Source: Tubulanus polymorphus (taxonomy: Eukaryota > Animalia > Nemertea). From it: DNA of 64,000 nucleotides. The stretch is taken from assembly GCF_964204645.1 (NCBI RefSeq), contig NC_134034.1:10366962-10430961 (forward strand), written 5' to 3'. A model generated the notes under the pieces. The model searched no databases. It was not told where the DNA came from and saw only the letters and a list, made by a program, of their open reading frames with translations. Both the position numbers and the translations under genes were made by a program. Shown here one piece after another: positions 49,901-61,287 of this stretch (its first letter is position 1; each line of letters opens with the position of its first letter).

Positions 49901-52900
49901 CGGATTTGCGCGATGGCCCTGCGTAAGTAAATACAAACACTCGTACATAGTAAATATCGAATTGACGACATGGAATCTACGTAAGATATTCGTATTTAGA
50001 AAAGAAAATCATTCGCATTATACGTATTTGATTGTAGGAATATTTTTATTAATCATTTTGTATGGGTGAGGGACCCTGTGTTGTCATCCGTGTCTCCTCT
50101 GTTGCCCTCGGCCTGGCTTTTATAGAAACAGGTTTGCCGACGGTTTTCTGCGCCGAAATTCTATTTCGTCATGTTGATTAATAGGTCTGAAGAATGGCCG
50201 GCGATCTGCGAAGGCATTCGATTCAATTCGGGAATTTCATTCATAACTTTTAAACGTACAATATTCGCGTGGAGCTTGTTGGAACACATTTCGAGACATG
50301 TGTTATATAAAGTAGTCGGAGTCACCTTGAAATCGTGAAACTCGATTTAGTTTTAGCTTTTGACGTCATCGACGTAGACAAACCGTCAAGTAGAACTATT
50401 CGTTTGGATCGCGGCGAACTATCGGCAGTCCCAGCGCTAAAGAATTCCCTGATTATCAACTCGGTCAGGGTGCCACCACTTACCTGAAATTCAGAAAAAA
50501 AGTCAGGGAATTGTTCTATTTTTTATCCGTTAAAAAGGCCAGGGAATACTCAGGCTATTTTGAAAAAAACTAAAAATCAGGGAAATTTATTGAGATTGCT
50601 AGTTCGCGCGTGAAAACAAACAGTTTCCGTCTATGTCTTACGTTTTTGACTGTGTTTATTCATTGAATTCTTAGCAGATCAAGTCTAGGAAAAAATAAAC
50701 TTTGTCAGGGGAACGGGCGAAAGAATAAAAGGTGCCACCGGTGAAATCAGTTCCCGGCAGCCAATGAGAAAAGCGCTACATCAATCTCGTGCTAAGTCGG
50801 GCTTTTTCGTGACTGAACAACTCGCGCTTCCGACTAAAAAAAAGGGTTTAACGGAATTGGTATTACGCTTATTTCGATTTTCGGAAAGCGGTTGTATTGT
50901 CCCTATAGTTCTCTACGATCCGAACGTCGACGATATACGAATTTCACTGATAATTATGCTGTTACATCGAATGACTATAGAATGCGTTGTTGAATATTTC
51001 AGACTCACAGACTGATGACGTCGACGAGAATGAACGAGGCGAGGCTCGCATCAATTCCATCGTCGATCTCGACCGTACGTCTAAAAAGGTTCTCATGTAC
51101 GGAGCTGAACTGGACGCCGATCACCCGGTATGGCAAGCGAGGATCCGCATGGTGTCGCTAGTAGTCACTCGGTCTTCCGCGTTCGATTTCTTCCACATTT
51201 CAATCGAAACCTAAATCATTTTTTTTCTTGTGGTTATCTTTTAAAGGGATTCAAAGATGCAGAATACCGGAAGCGCCGGAAATATTTCGCCAAAATCGCC
51301 TTCGAATACAAACAGTACGTACTTACCCAAGCGCTACGAGCAATCATCTCAGATTGAGACGATTGCTCGTAACACACCTGTTATGTTGCATATGACATTT
51401 GAATGAATTAGATAAGTCAGTATGATATAGTAATGATATACACGATATTCACTTACGAAATAGATATTGTAGAATTAGAATAAGAAGCCAGACGAAGTTG
51501 AAATATAATTTTTGACCTATAATGCCCAGTCCTCCAAACATTCACACCCTATTCATACCTACCGGACGTATATAGTATTCAGAAAACCCACAATTGAAAT
51601 CATGTGTATTGATTCGATAGAACTCATTCTTCCTCGATCGGGATTCGATGATTCGGGATTGATGGCATCGCTAGACTCGTCTCGAGACCCTGCTACACTA
51701 GATCGAGATCGCGGCTTAAATGATGTCATAGTTATCCGATCGGAAATCATGTTTTATTTTTAGCCCGGGTTTTTCCGCTTATAGTTTATCCGTGAAATTC
51801 GCCTCAGCGATTATACAAAGGGCAATCTGATTTGTGCCGCAGGTTTTCTTTTGGGCAATCTGGTTTGCCGCAAGTTTTTCTTGCGGGCAAATATGCGCAC
51901 CCGGTTTAGTGTCGCATAGTTTCGTGCCGTCGCCGAGTCGAGCGATGCTATCAGGTTCGAATCCCTACCAAGGGAGCACCGGTAGAACTAGGCATTAATT
52001 AAGGGTTGATCGGGGTTGATATTTCAGAGGAGAGCCGATTCCTCGAGTTGAATACACCGAACGCGAGATCAGTACGTGGAACGCCGTTTACTCGGCGCTG
52101 AAATCGTTGTATCCGACCCACGCGTGTAGAGAGCACATCGCGAATCTAAAACTGCTGGAAGAGTCGTGCGGTTACCGCATCGGAAATATCCCGCAACTCG
52201 ACGACGTCAGTCGTTTTCTAAAGTGTAAGTTTTGATATAGTTGTTTGTTCTTGCCTTACGGCCTTTGAAATATTTTCCAAGACATCGGATTTTTCATTTA
52301 GTCTCACGGATGGGACCCAACAGCTATCAGTGCTCAGTGACAAGTGGGTTCGAGTCCAGCCGGCTGCTCGAACTGTGCGGGCAACACTTACAAGACCGTC
52401 CCGTCGTGTCAAGGACTCTAAAACGATATAGCCCCCATTATCCTGTTAAATTTTTCTTCGTTGACATTTTGTAATATCGTCCAATAATGTACTAACATTC
52501 TAATGAAAATAGATTTCAATTTCAATATATAACAACAGATATCTGTTTGACTAACTCTAACGTTAATCACAAATTTTCGCATATCGATCTGTTATTTACA
52601 TATTTCCAGCCAAGTCCGGTTTTACGTTACGGCCAGTCGCCGGTTACCTGTCGTCACGTGACTTTTTGGTCGGTTTGGCATTCCGCGTTTTCCACTGTAC
52701 CCAATACATCAGACACCACGAAGATCCGCTGTACACGCCGGAACCGTGAGTAGAACCGGATCTCAAACTAATCACCTCTACTACAGCAACACTCGAGTCA
52801 TAAGCGATTCTCTTGACGTAAATTTCAGAGATTGTTGTCACGAACTGTTGGGTCACATGGCTCTTTTGGCAGACGAAGATTTCGCGGCGTTTACGCAAGA

Positions 52901-54298
52901 AATAGGATTGGCTTCAATCGGAGCATCTGATGACGATATCAAAAAATTGGCGAATGTAAGAATCTTAATAAAGCGTAAATCTAAAATGCATCTAACGCAT
53001 TTTTAACGGCTTTTGACAATTCGCTGTCTGTACCCGCCCCTCGGACAATCACCTTTCCCTAACCCAACCTTAATCCAGGATCCGTTAAATTTGACTCGAG
53101 TTGAATGAAAAAAAATGAAAAATGACCTAATCTTAACTCAGAGTTTACTCATAAGGCTGGGTTCGACTGAATGTTTCCACCAGTCGATAGACTATCAGCA
53201 TCAATACATCGCCTAGTCTGATTACTGGATGATCTACGGGTTCTCTTCAACAATGGCTAGGCAGCCGATTCGACTAGACAGGTCTGCTGTTTCCTGTCAG
53301 GTATCGATAGCTTCACTAGTGGAGATTTTTGATATCTTCTGCAAACCTCTCATAACCTGTTATTTTCCGAGGATCGCTTTGTACGACTGCGAAGTGGTGC
53401 CAGTCGAGTCATCACATCACATTAGAATCCAAACAATGTGATATCTAAATTCTATATAACTTCGCTGCTTTGCGGCTATATTATGTATTGTATTTTTTTC
53501 ATGAAACCCCGTTATTGCTGCTTTCTGGCAATATTTATTGTATTTTTTTCTGAAAACCCCTTATTGCTGCTTTGCGGCTATATTAACGTTTTCTATTTCG
53601 TTTTGCAGTTGTACGTGTTTACGGTCGAATTTGGTTTGTGCAAACAGGACGATGAACTACGAGTTTACGGCGCCGGACTACTGTCCTCTGCTGGCGAGTT
53701 GAAACACGTGCTTACAGACAAGGCCGTCAGACGACCTTTCGATCCGCTTGAGGTCACAACCGCGCCATTTATCATCACCGAATATCAAAGTCAATACTAC
53801 TATACGGAAACGATAGAAAAGGCGAAGCAAAAATTGCGGTAAGTTTCTCAAAAAGGAAAATATGCTCGGTCGCGTGAAGATCGAAATAGTAGAGGGCTCC
53901 TCATCGCGCAGAGCGACCATCACTGAGATCCACGTTCCCCGGGAACTCTCAATTCGGGTGGGTGAAGATCGTGATAATAGAGCGTTCCTCGTCGCAGAAC
54001 CCGGGTATAGTTTAATAAGCCAGCCATCTTCTCTAGAATCGCCCAGTGCTCTAAGCCTCAGGCCGCTAATATCTCAACGGATCTCATTTCAAGCCTCGTT
54101 TAGTAAATTTGTGGTTTTCTTCGCAGGGAATACACGAAAACCATCGCTCGGCCGTTTGAGATCGAATACGACCCTTATTCGCAGACGATTCGCTACATCG
54201 ACAGTAAACCACAAGCCGTGCAAGCGATCAAAAATGTTCGACACAAAATCACCACACTTTCGACGTCCATCGAACGATTGCTTGAATACGTTATTTGA
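46887..54298 (+). CDS. TPH: Tryptophan 5-hydroxylase-like aromatic amino acid hydroxylase; join(46887..46937,48820..48897,49181..49373,51003..51127,51247..51314,52028..52224,52610..52745,52829..52955,53609..53838,54127..54298) = 1377 nt, 458 aa
   Basis: All introns are GT..AG with consistent phases. TPH-type motifs [47 protein letters not shown]. Fe ligands in CHELLGH and TVEFG, plus GAGLLSS. Exon 1 is the least certain. Confidence 0.88.
48146..48652. mobile_element. Probable MITE in TPH intron 1
   Basis: Perfect 15-bp inverted repeat AATGGGGTACCCGCA / TGCGGGTACCCCATT. Confidence 0.55.
48820..48897 (+). CDS. TPH: TPH-like exon 2 ([26 protein letters not shown]), start of ACT domain
   Basis: ctttctttgcAG acceptor, GAG|GTATGT donor. 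VFALKN corresponds to IFSLKN of the TPH regulatory domain. Confidence 0.75.
49181..49373 (+). CDS. TPH: TPH-like exon 3 (ACT domain, [12 protein letters not shown]...AVFVEF)
   Basis: ttttgtatAG acceptor, G|GTACGT phase-1 donor. LVHVETR resembles LLHIESR. Confidence 0.8.
51003..51127 (+). CDS. TPH: TPH-like exon 4 (...[23 protein letters not shown])
   Basis: atttcAG acceptor (phase 1), CCG|GTATGG donor, conserved DLD...VLMYG.ELDADHP. Confidence 0.9.
51247..51314 (+). CDS. TPH: TPH-like exon 5 ([22 protein letters not shown]), 68 nt
   Basis: ttttaaAG acceptor, CA|GTACGT donor, conserved sequence. Confidence 0.93.
51625..51981 (+). mobile_element. MITE family B copy 2, in TPH intron 5
   Basis: Same TIRs and internal sequence as 36476; flanks (g)atagaact / (g)gtagaact. 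Confidence 0.8.
52028..52224 (+). CDS. TPH: TPH-like exon 6 ([10 protein letters not shown]...YPTHACRE...[13 protein letters not shown]), 197 nt
   Basis: atttcAG acceptor, T|GTAAGT donor. Not in the ORF track; translated manually. Confidence 0.95.
52610..52745 (+). CDS. TPH: TPH-like exon 7 ([45 protein letters not shown]), 136 nt
   Basis: tttccAG acceptor, CC|GTGAGT donor, pterin/substrate-binding region. Confidence 0.95.
52829..52955 (+). CDS. TPH: TPH-like exon 8 ([42 protein letters not shown]), 127 nt
   Basis: atttcAG acceptor, AAT|GTAAGA donor, two iron-binding His. Confidence 0.95.
53609..53838 (+). CDS. TPH: TPH-like exon 9 ([13 protein letters not shown]...[13 protein letters not shown]...FIITEYQ...KAKQKLR), 230 nt
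   Basis: ttttgcAG acceptor, CG|GTAAGT donor, iron-binding Glu. Confidence 0.95.
54127..54298 (+). CDS. TPH: TPH-like exon 10 ([21 protein letters not shown]...LLEYVI*), tetramerisation region
   Basis: ttcgcAG acceptor, [12 protein letters not shown] motif, TGA at 54296-54298. Confidence 0.92.
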
Positions 54299-54326
54299 AT
54301 TCGAAAAAAAAAAATCGAAAATACAC

Positions 54327-54514
54327 AAAGCCCAACGCACAAGACGCAGGGAAGCCGGAAACTAGGATAACCCGGAAACACTGAAAAAAAAACATTTTAG
54401 ATCTCGGAAACGAAATCACGTTTCTACTAAACGCACACGACACAGGGAAACACTCGGAAACATAATCTGTCCACTGTTTCCGAGTGTTTCCCTGCGTCGT
54501 GTGCATTCGGCATT
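54327..54514. mobile_element. MITE about 30 bp downstream of the TPH stop codon
   Basis: GCCCAACGCACAAGACGCAGGGA ... TCCCTGCGTCGTGTGCATTCGGC; TIR related to the 39759 element. Confidence 0.7.
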
Positions 54515-56484
54515 AAATCCCCGTGATAAATACATAAACAATTTGTAAATGAGAATACCGGTAACTCTAACCACGGATCCAGTTCAATAGATTAAAAAAA
54601 ACTGTTTTCCGTTGATATCTAAGTTAGAACAGGTCGGGTTTGAATTGTAATTCTATGAAGTTAAACATGACCAAGAACTGTAGACTCCTAGCACTGCTCC
54701 CATAGACATGGCTTAGACTTTAAGACCAGTCAAAAACCATCTTTGTTCTACGGCCGATCTAACAACTTAAGAGTCTTTTTTGGACTTTGGTCTCGGCTAC
54801 GGCCCCTAGACTCACCTAGATAATTAGTAGTACTGTGGAAATCAAACTATACCGGGAGAAGATGTTTTAGTCGGTCGCACAAATTAGGGTCTGTGCTAAG
54901 ATTTGATTTTTAATATTTGAGTTAGAGTTTCAGCGAAGTAGATTTGTCCGAATGCCTCTCGTATCGGTTACAACCAACGGGAGGCATTATATGCCTATTT
55001 CTCTCATTGATTGCCGTTGTACAGTTCCACAGTCTGCGCATTGTGTCCAGATAGCCCGTAGTTTTACCCGTTGTGGATTGAAATCAGAAATACCTGGTTC
55101 TACCTCGTGTGCCAGGGTACGCTCCGTTACCATCCGTCCGACCAGTTTTCCGACCTGTGATATAGAAAATAATGTTTACACATTTAAAGGAATTGCTTAA
55201 TTATTTAATGATAATCGCAAAACTGAAAAATAATTGTGTTAAGTTTTTAGAAAAATCTAGTAAATGAATGAAATTTTTATTGTCATTTTGTATCCGTAGA
55301 CATTTCAGGGCAGCATTTGCACAAGAGTCATGTTCACGTTAGACCTAATGCACAGTACTTATATATTTTGTACAGATTCTTGAAGACGATAATAAATTCT
55401 GAATAAGAATACTATTTTTCATAACGTTAAACGAGTATTTTTTTTTTTCGTTAGCAGACACATTTTTTATGAAGTTTATTATTTGATCGTAACTTAATTC
55501 GCACAATAGGCAGCGACGACCGCAATTTCGACACGTGTGCGCGGGATGAGAAGGCGCGACGCGGCAAACACCAGTTGCTTTCGAGTGTCAAATATTCAAC
55601 AACGAGTCGAACCCCGATCGGACAATAAGAACAGATGCGTCAGCGACACACGGAATGTTGGTGGTCCGACCGGGCAACCTGTTCGTCGTCCCGCTGTCCC
55701 GCGACGAGCCTTTTCATTTTCTGACTGACCCCTAAAAATCAGACTCGCTCCACAATCGTCGAAAGTCTGGCGAGCATCGAAAGTTTATTCAATGGTTAAC
55801 GATTCGGTTAATAGGACGTTAAAACCTACCAAAGCGCCCCCTACCGCGCGGTGACAATAGACCACGTGTTCGATACTGGCCGGACAGATGTCGTCTGACC
55901 CGGGGATCGATTATTATATTGTATGGTCGTTAAACATGGCTAGCTTGTCGCGTACCGGTTATTGTCAATGATTGATGGACCACGCTCTCCGCGGGAAGCG
56001 ATACACGACTTTCACCTTGCTAATCGCAGCCATACTTCCAAAAGCTATTATGGTAAAACACCACCAACCACTGCTTCATAGAAATACGAACCGAAGTCGG
56101 TCGTGCAGACACCGCTTAATCACCAGCGCCATCTATCGACTGTAATACACATCACAGACGACCGGTGGACATCTTCGCCTAAAGCCTGACGAATATCACA
56201 GACACATAAACTGGTCCGCAAATAAATTGTTTTGTGGTATAGCCCGACCGACATGTTTGTATGGGTTTATGCTAAATGTATCACTTTTCATGACTTATAG
56301 ACCAAAAATTAACAACATTTTTGATACAAACTGAAAAAGTATCAAAGCATTTGGGAATGCGGTATTTCGAGTTTTCGAATACTATATTCAACGATTTGTT
56401 TCTTTTCAAATTTCGCCGACAATAAAATGCGGAGTCTACCGTTTAATCCGTTTCATCAAGACATATAGGTATACATTCGCTTAT

Positions 56485-56825
56485 CAAATGCTTTCAAGCA
56501 ATCTACAGTTTGATATCAGATGCTTCCAAGCGATCAACAGTTTAAAATCAAATGCTTCCTAGCGATCAACAGTTTAAAATCAAATGCTTCCTAGCGATCA
56601 ACAGTTTAAAATCAAATGCTTTCAAGCGATCAACAGTTTAAAATCAAATGCTTTCAAGCGATCAACAGTTTGATATCAGATGCTTCCAAGGGATCAACAG
56701 TTTAAAATCAAATGCTTCCTAGCGATCAACAGTTTAAAATCAAATGCTTTCAAGCGATCAACAGTTTAAAATCAAATGTTTCCAAGCGATCAACAGTTTA
56801 AAATCAAATGCTTTCATGCGATCTA
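56485..56825. repeat. 32-bp tandem repeat (about 10-11 units)
   Basis: Unit caaatgctttcaagcgatcaacagtttaaaat; period 32. Confidence 0.93.
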
Positions 56826-59800
56826 CAAAAAGAAATTTTCAACAAAAAAAGTAAGAATTTCGTATCGAGATGTATACAAAAATGTCGAATTTGTTTTTAC
56901 AGCGTGCGTTTGCTGTGAGATATTAAATAACCGATCGGGATCACGCGATGCCGTATCAATCATTTATGGGCAGATACACACCGAAAATGAGAGATATATT
57001 AAACCAATTCATCTTGTTCGACGGAGGGTCTCTAATTTACTGAATGAGACACATTGTCAGACCGGAGATAGACGAGGTCCCAGTCGCTACGTTGGTCATG
57101 GATCTTCAACATTTCTCTACCCCATCGTATCCCTCATCCTCACCATCTAACCCTCTGCTTTTTTCACTGCTATGCCTTTCCCTCATATCTTCACCTCATA
57201 GCTAATCCCCTTTCTTTCACCGATTTCCTCAACCCCCCTCTCTCAGCTTACTATTCCCTCCATATATCCATTTCTCTCTTTCCACACGCCCGACTCTCAT
57301 TCCTCTTCTCTCTCTCTCTCTCCCCCGCATCTCTCCTCTCTCCCTTCGTTCGTCTTCTTTTCTTCCCTTTGTCTCACTGCCTCGCCAGCTCTCACCTCCC
57401 CTTGCCTTTTACCGTTACTGTCCCCTCCCCTATCTCCACATATCCACAGTTCATTAATTGATCCAGTTCGGGAGAAATACAATGCATCGAATATCTGCTA
57501 TACGGAAACCGTAACCTGGATTTTGCTACCGACATGAAATCAAATGAAATGGTCTCAAACTTTATCTTCCTAAATTATAATTCATTGTAAACCTCGGTGT
57601 CCATCGCAGAAACGCAGTTTCCATCATGAGCACATTTGCCGAAATGTATTTGAGCCCAATCAGGAAGGAAGCAATTTTCATTTTTCGCAATTATTGTTGT
57701 ATACACGTAGTAAACCATTGATTACTGTTTTTTATCGGCCATTTAATTTTCTAATCTAATTTATCCTTTGCATACACTGCCATTTAGGAGCTTTGCGAGG
57801 TTGATCTGTTGTTTGTATTTGCTTTGTTTGTTTTTCTAATAAAGATGAATGCTTAAAAAGACGTATTAAATCGATATTTTTCCTTGTGTACAATGCCACT
57901 TTAGGCGCTTTGCGAGGTTAAACTTAAATTTCGCTTTCCTTTTCCGAATAAAGATAAAACATGGTTGAAAAAATAATCCAATTTTGCTCTGCTGTGACGC
58001 TGGCCCTGACTTTTCCGCGGCACCATATGGTGGGTTGGTAGGGTCTCCGATGCATATATTCCCATCTAAACAAGAATATCTAATTGGATTCTTTTTTTAT
58101 ACCGCGGATTTATTTTGCACTAATGGAATTTCTCTCCGGAACAGACGAGACTCGCCTGCCAGCCGCTAATGCAGCATCAGCCTCGACATTTCTCTCGGGG
58201 ATTAAGCTGACATGTCGCTACAAATCTCCCAATTAAATATAACTAAGCTACCGTGTGTGCGCCGATCTAATATCAACTAGAAGAAGGGTAGAGGGAGAGA
58301 GAACGAAATGAAACCGACGCCGACGGGACGTAAAATGCCGCCTGTTTACTGTTTTATCAATTTCATCACGAAATGTTCTTGCCGCCGATACGCGAGCAAC
58401 TAATTCCGAGCCGTACTCTTCTATATAGTTTGAAAGACCACGAATATATGCCCAACTTATGTCGAAAGTTATGGAGGACATCAATTCATATCATCTAAAG
58501 AATCAGTGTACAACCGATGAAATGTAATTCATCACGATTATAACTTTTTTTAAAGTCTAGGAAAGTTTACGAGCGATTATTCAATCAATTTTGGGCCGTG
58601 CTCTTTTCAAAAGTAGACAAAAAGATGGTTTACATTAAAAAGATAGATTACATTATTATATCAAAATATAACAGGACCTACATAAGTAGCATTTGAAATA
58701 ATATCTGAAGGTGGTAAGAAGAAATGTCAAGATTAATTTCGATATTCTATATTCGGATGTTTTAGCTGCAGTGGTGTTTGCCAAAAAGGTTGCAGGTTCA
58801 AGACAACAGATTGATACCTGCATTAGCCATTTTGAATCTGCTTAGAGAAAAAAAAACATAACTATGCCTACACCGATCCAGCATATTGAGTTTACTAACG
58901 GGAGCTGTTTCCTTTGACAAGGGGGTCGCGGCACGGCTTCTAAAACGCGCCATTGTTGACAGAACACTCCAACCGCCATTATCGTTACCCGGATGACGAT
59001 GACAGACGGCACAGTGAAGTGGTATATCTCGCGCGCGTGATGGATGATCGAAAGAGAACTCTTGAAGACGTACCCACCAACCAAACCCGCAGCGAAAACA
59101 CTTGTCGGTTTTCGTGAGCATTTCTTCGTAGATAAAGATAAAAGAAAATCTCGGGCGTCAGCCGGAAAATCGGCTTAAAAATTTCGATAGCGCTGCGTCG
59201 TTTATAAGTAACTGATGCAACACCACATGCTATCCCTCCAGAAGGCGTGACGAGTCGTACGTAGTCGAAATTAGTTCATCAACTTGATGTTAAGACATGA
59301 TCCAAACATCTGAAGCCAAATCAGCATTCAACGTTTAAAAAAACTAATAGGATGACATCAACCAATGGGTCTAAAACTGTTAACTTCTAAATTGATGCTT
59401 TCGGTTATTAGTTCCGACCACTAGACGACTATAGTTTCGAAAACCGAAATTGTTTCGAAGTTCCCTTACACTAGAATAAACCATTTTACAGTTGCTAGTC
59501 GCCATTTCGTTAGGGTATACTTTTGTCCTGTATTTTGGGTCGTTTTTTTTTTTGTTCCTATCGGTGGGTTACTTTCAGACGGATTCATTTCGATTTGACC
59601 GGAGCTGAAGTAGTCGTCGCTCATACGGACTCAGAACACGTTCAAGCGAACCGACAGAACGAGATTAGCGAAAAATCACGCCGACAAATTGCCACGAAAT
59701 CGAACCGTAAATTGGAATAGCAGATACTGCTAAACGAAATCACCGATTGCTTTTCCGATTTTGCGAGAACGATTTTCGATATTCCGACACAAGTCGTTAG

Positions 59801-59845
59801 ATACAAGTCATTAGATCTTGATTGTATAAGTTATGAGGACATTTC

Positions 59846-60065
59846 TCAGTAAGAGAGAGAGTATTTCACAAACTCGTACTCAGTATTTTGACACCAACTC
59901 GGGGTAGAATTTTACCGGTCTCAATTTTACCGCAGTAAGAGACAGAGTCTTCTGTATTTCACAAACTCTTACTCAGTATTTTGACACAAACCCGGGGTAG
60001 AATTCTACCAGTCTCAACTTTTCCACACTAAGAGACAGAGTCTACCGCAGTAAGAGACAGAGTCT
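59846..60065 (-). repeat. 92-bp family, reverse, about 2 units
   Basis: Same unit. Confidence 0.88.
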
Positions 60066-60948
60066 ATACTGCATTTTGTAATGTAACTCGCTCTAACACT
60101 TTTCACCGCAGCTGTCAACTTTGTCATGGTTAGGCAGCAAGTAACTCCATTTTCCTAACTCTTTACCCGAACTGCCTCCACCACTCTGAACCTCCGAACT
60201 ATTGAGAAAAAGTAATTCGACACCGCCGAGTATGCGTAATAGGTTTCATATGACAACGTTTTAATGGCGCCGTGTAACGTAATTCTACTCGCGAAAAAAA
60301 CGCACTAAACTCCGCGTGTAATACTTTCTTCGTCTCTGGAATAAAAACGATACGGTCGGCGGCGTTTCGATATCGACGCTCATTTCTAACAAAATGTGTC
60401 AAGTGAAAAACAAGAGTAAATGACGAAATAACTCGAGCTATCGTGCAATACTATATTATTCGTATATGGCACTCGACTTTTGCATCAGTCGAGACTAAAG
60501 ATGTTATCAAATATTGTCTATACGCGACATGTGTTTGCTTCTCACCGGCGCGTAAACTGTAAATCCCCGTACAAACTCGCACGGCAAGATATGTGTGCGG
60601 CCGATATAGATACGTGTGCGACTGATATAGATACGGATATGGTAGGCGCACTTCCATTTCCAGGCATCATAAAACAAAATGGCGGCCGTTTCAAAATCAG
60701 GGCGAATTTCGGTTTTCGCACTCTAGATCGGCCGGAACGTATTTCACAGTGTCGGCCATCTTGGAATTAGATCGAAAACTACAGCGACTGCGCCGCTTCA
60801 TCTGCGATTGATTTTGGTTGAAATGATAGTAATCTAATTGTGCATGGTGTGAAAATGAGGGGACACAAATATGAAATTTCAGGACTGTATCGTGATGTTG
60901 AGAGGTTTAGAGACTACTAACAACGTGCCGTCAAAAGTATGGTCGGCG

Positions 60949-61287
60949 CATCCTCCCTCTGCAGGGACTCGAACCTGATGGCATCGCTACACTCAGCCAC
61001 GGCACGAACCCCTGCATCAGTAGACCGGGTGCGCAGGTACATGCGCAGCTTTCCGAACGAAAACTGGCGGCACCAATCAGATTGCTCGTTGTATAATCGT
61101 TGAGGCAAATTTCAAGGAAGAACTATAAATGGGAAAACCCGGGCTAAAATAAAACGGGATTTCTGATTGGCTAAAAAACACATCATCTGAACTGCGCATG
61201 TATCTGCGCACACGGTCGATTATGGCAGGGTTTCGTGTCGTGGCAATCTCGATGCCATCAGGTTCGAATCCCTGCCGGGGGAGGATG
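60949..61287 (-). mobile_element. MITE family B copy 3 (hAT-like) with perfect 8-bp TSD
   Basis: GGTCGGCG|CATCCTCC...GGAGGATG|GGTCGGCG; CA...TG termini; long imperfect TIRs. Confidence 0.88.

Noticed and set aside
46887-54298. Calling the hydroxylase PAH or TH
   Set aside because: [27 protein letters not shown] and the 127-nt exon are TPH-type. It lacks the PAH/TH Trp (YWFT) and the TH-specific Asp loop.
61224-61276. Possible tRNA gene (GGTTCGAATCCC)
   Set aside because: Only about 53 nt, no D or anticodon arms, and part of a MITE TIR.
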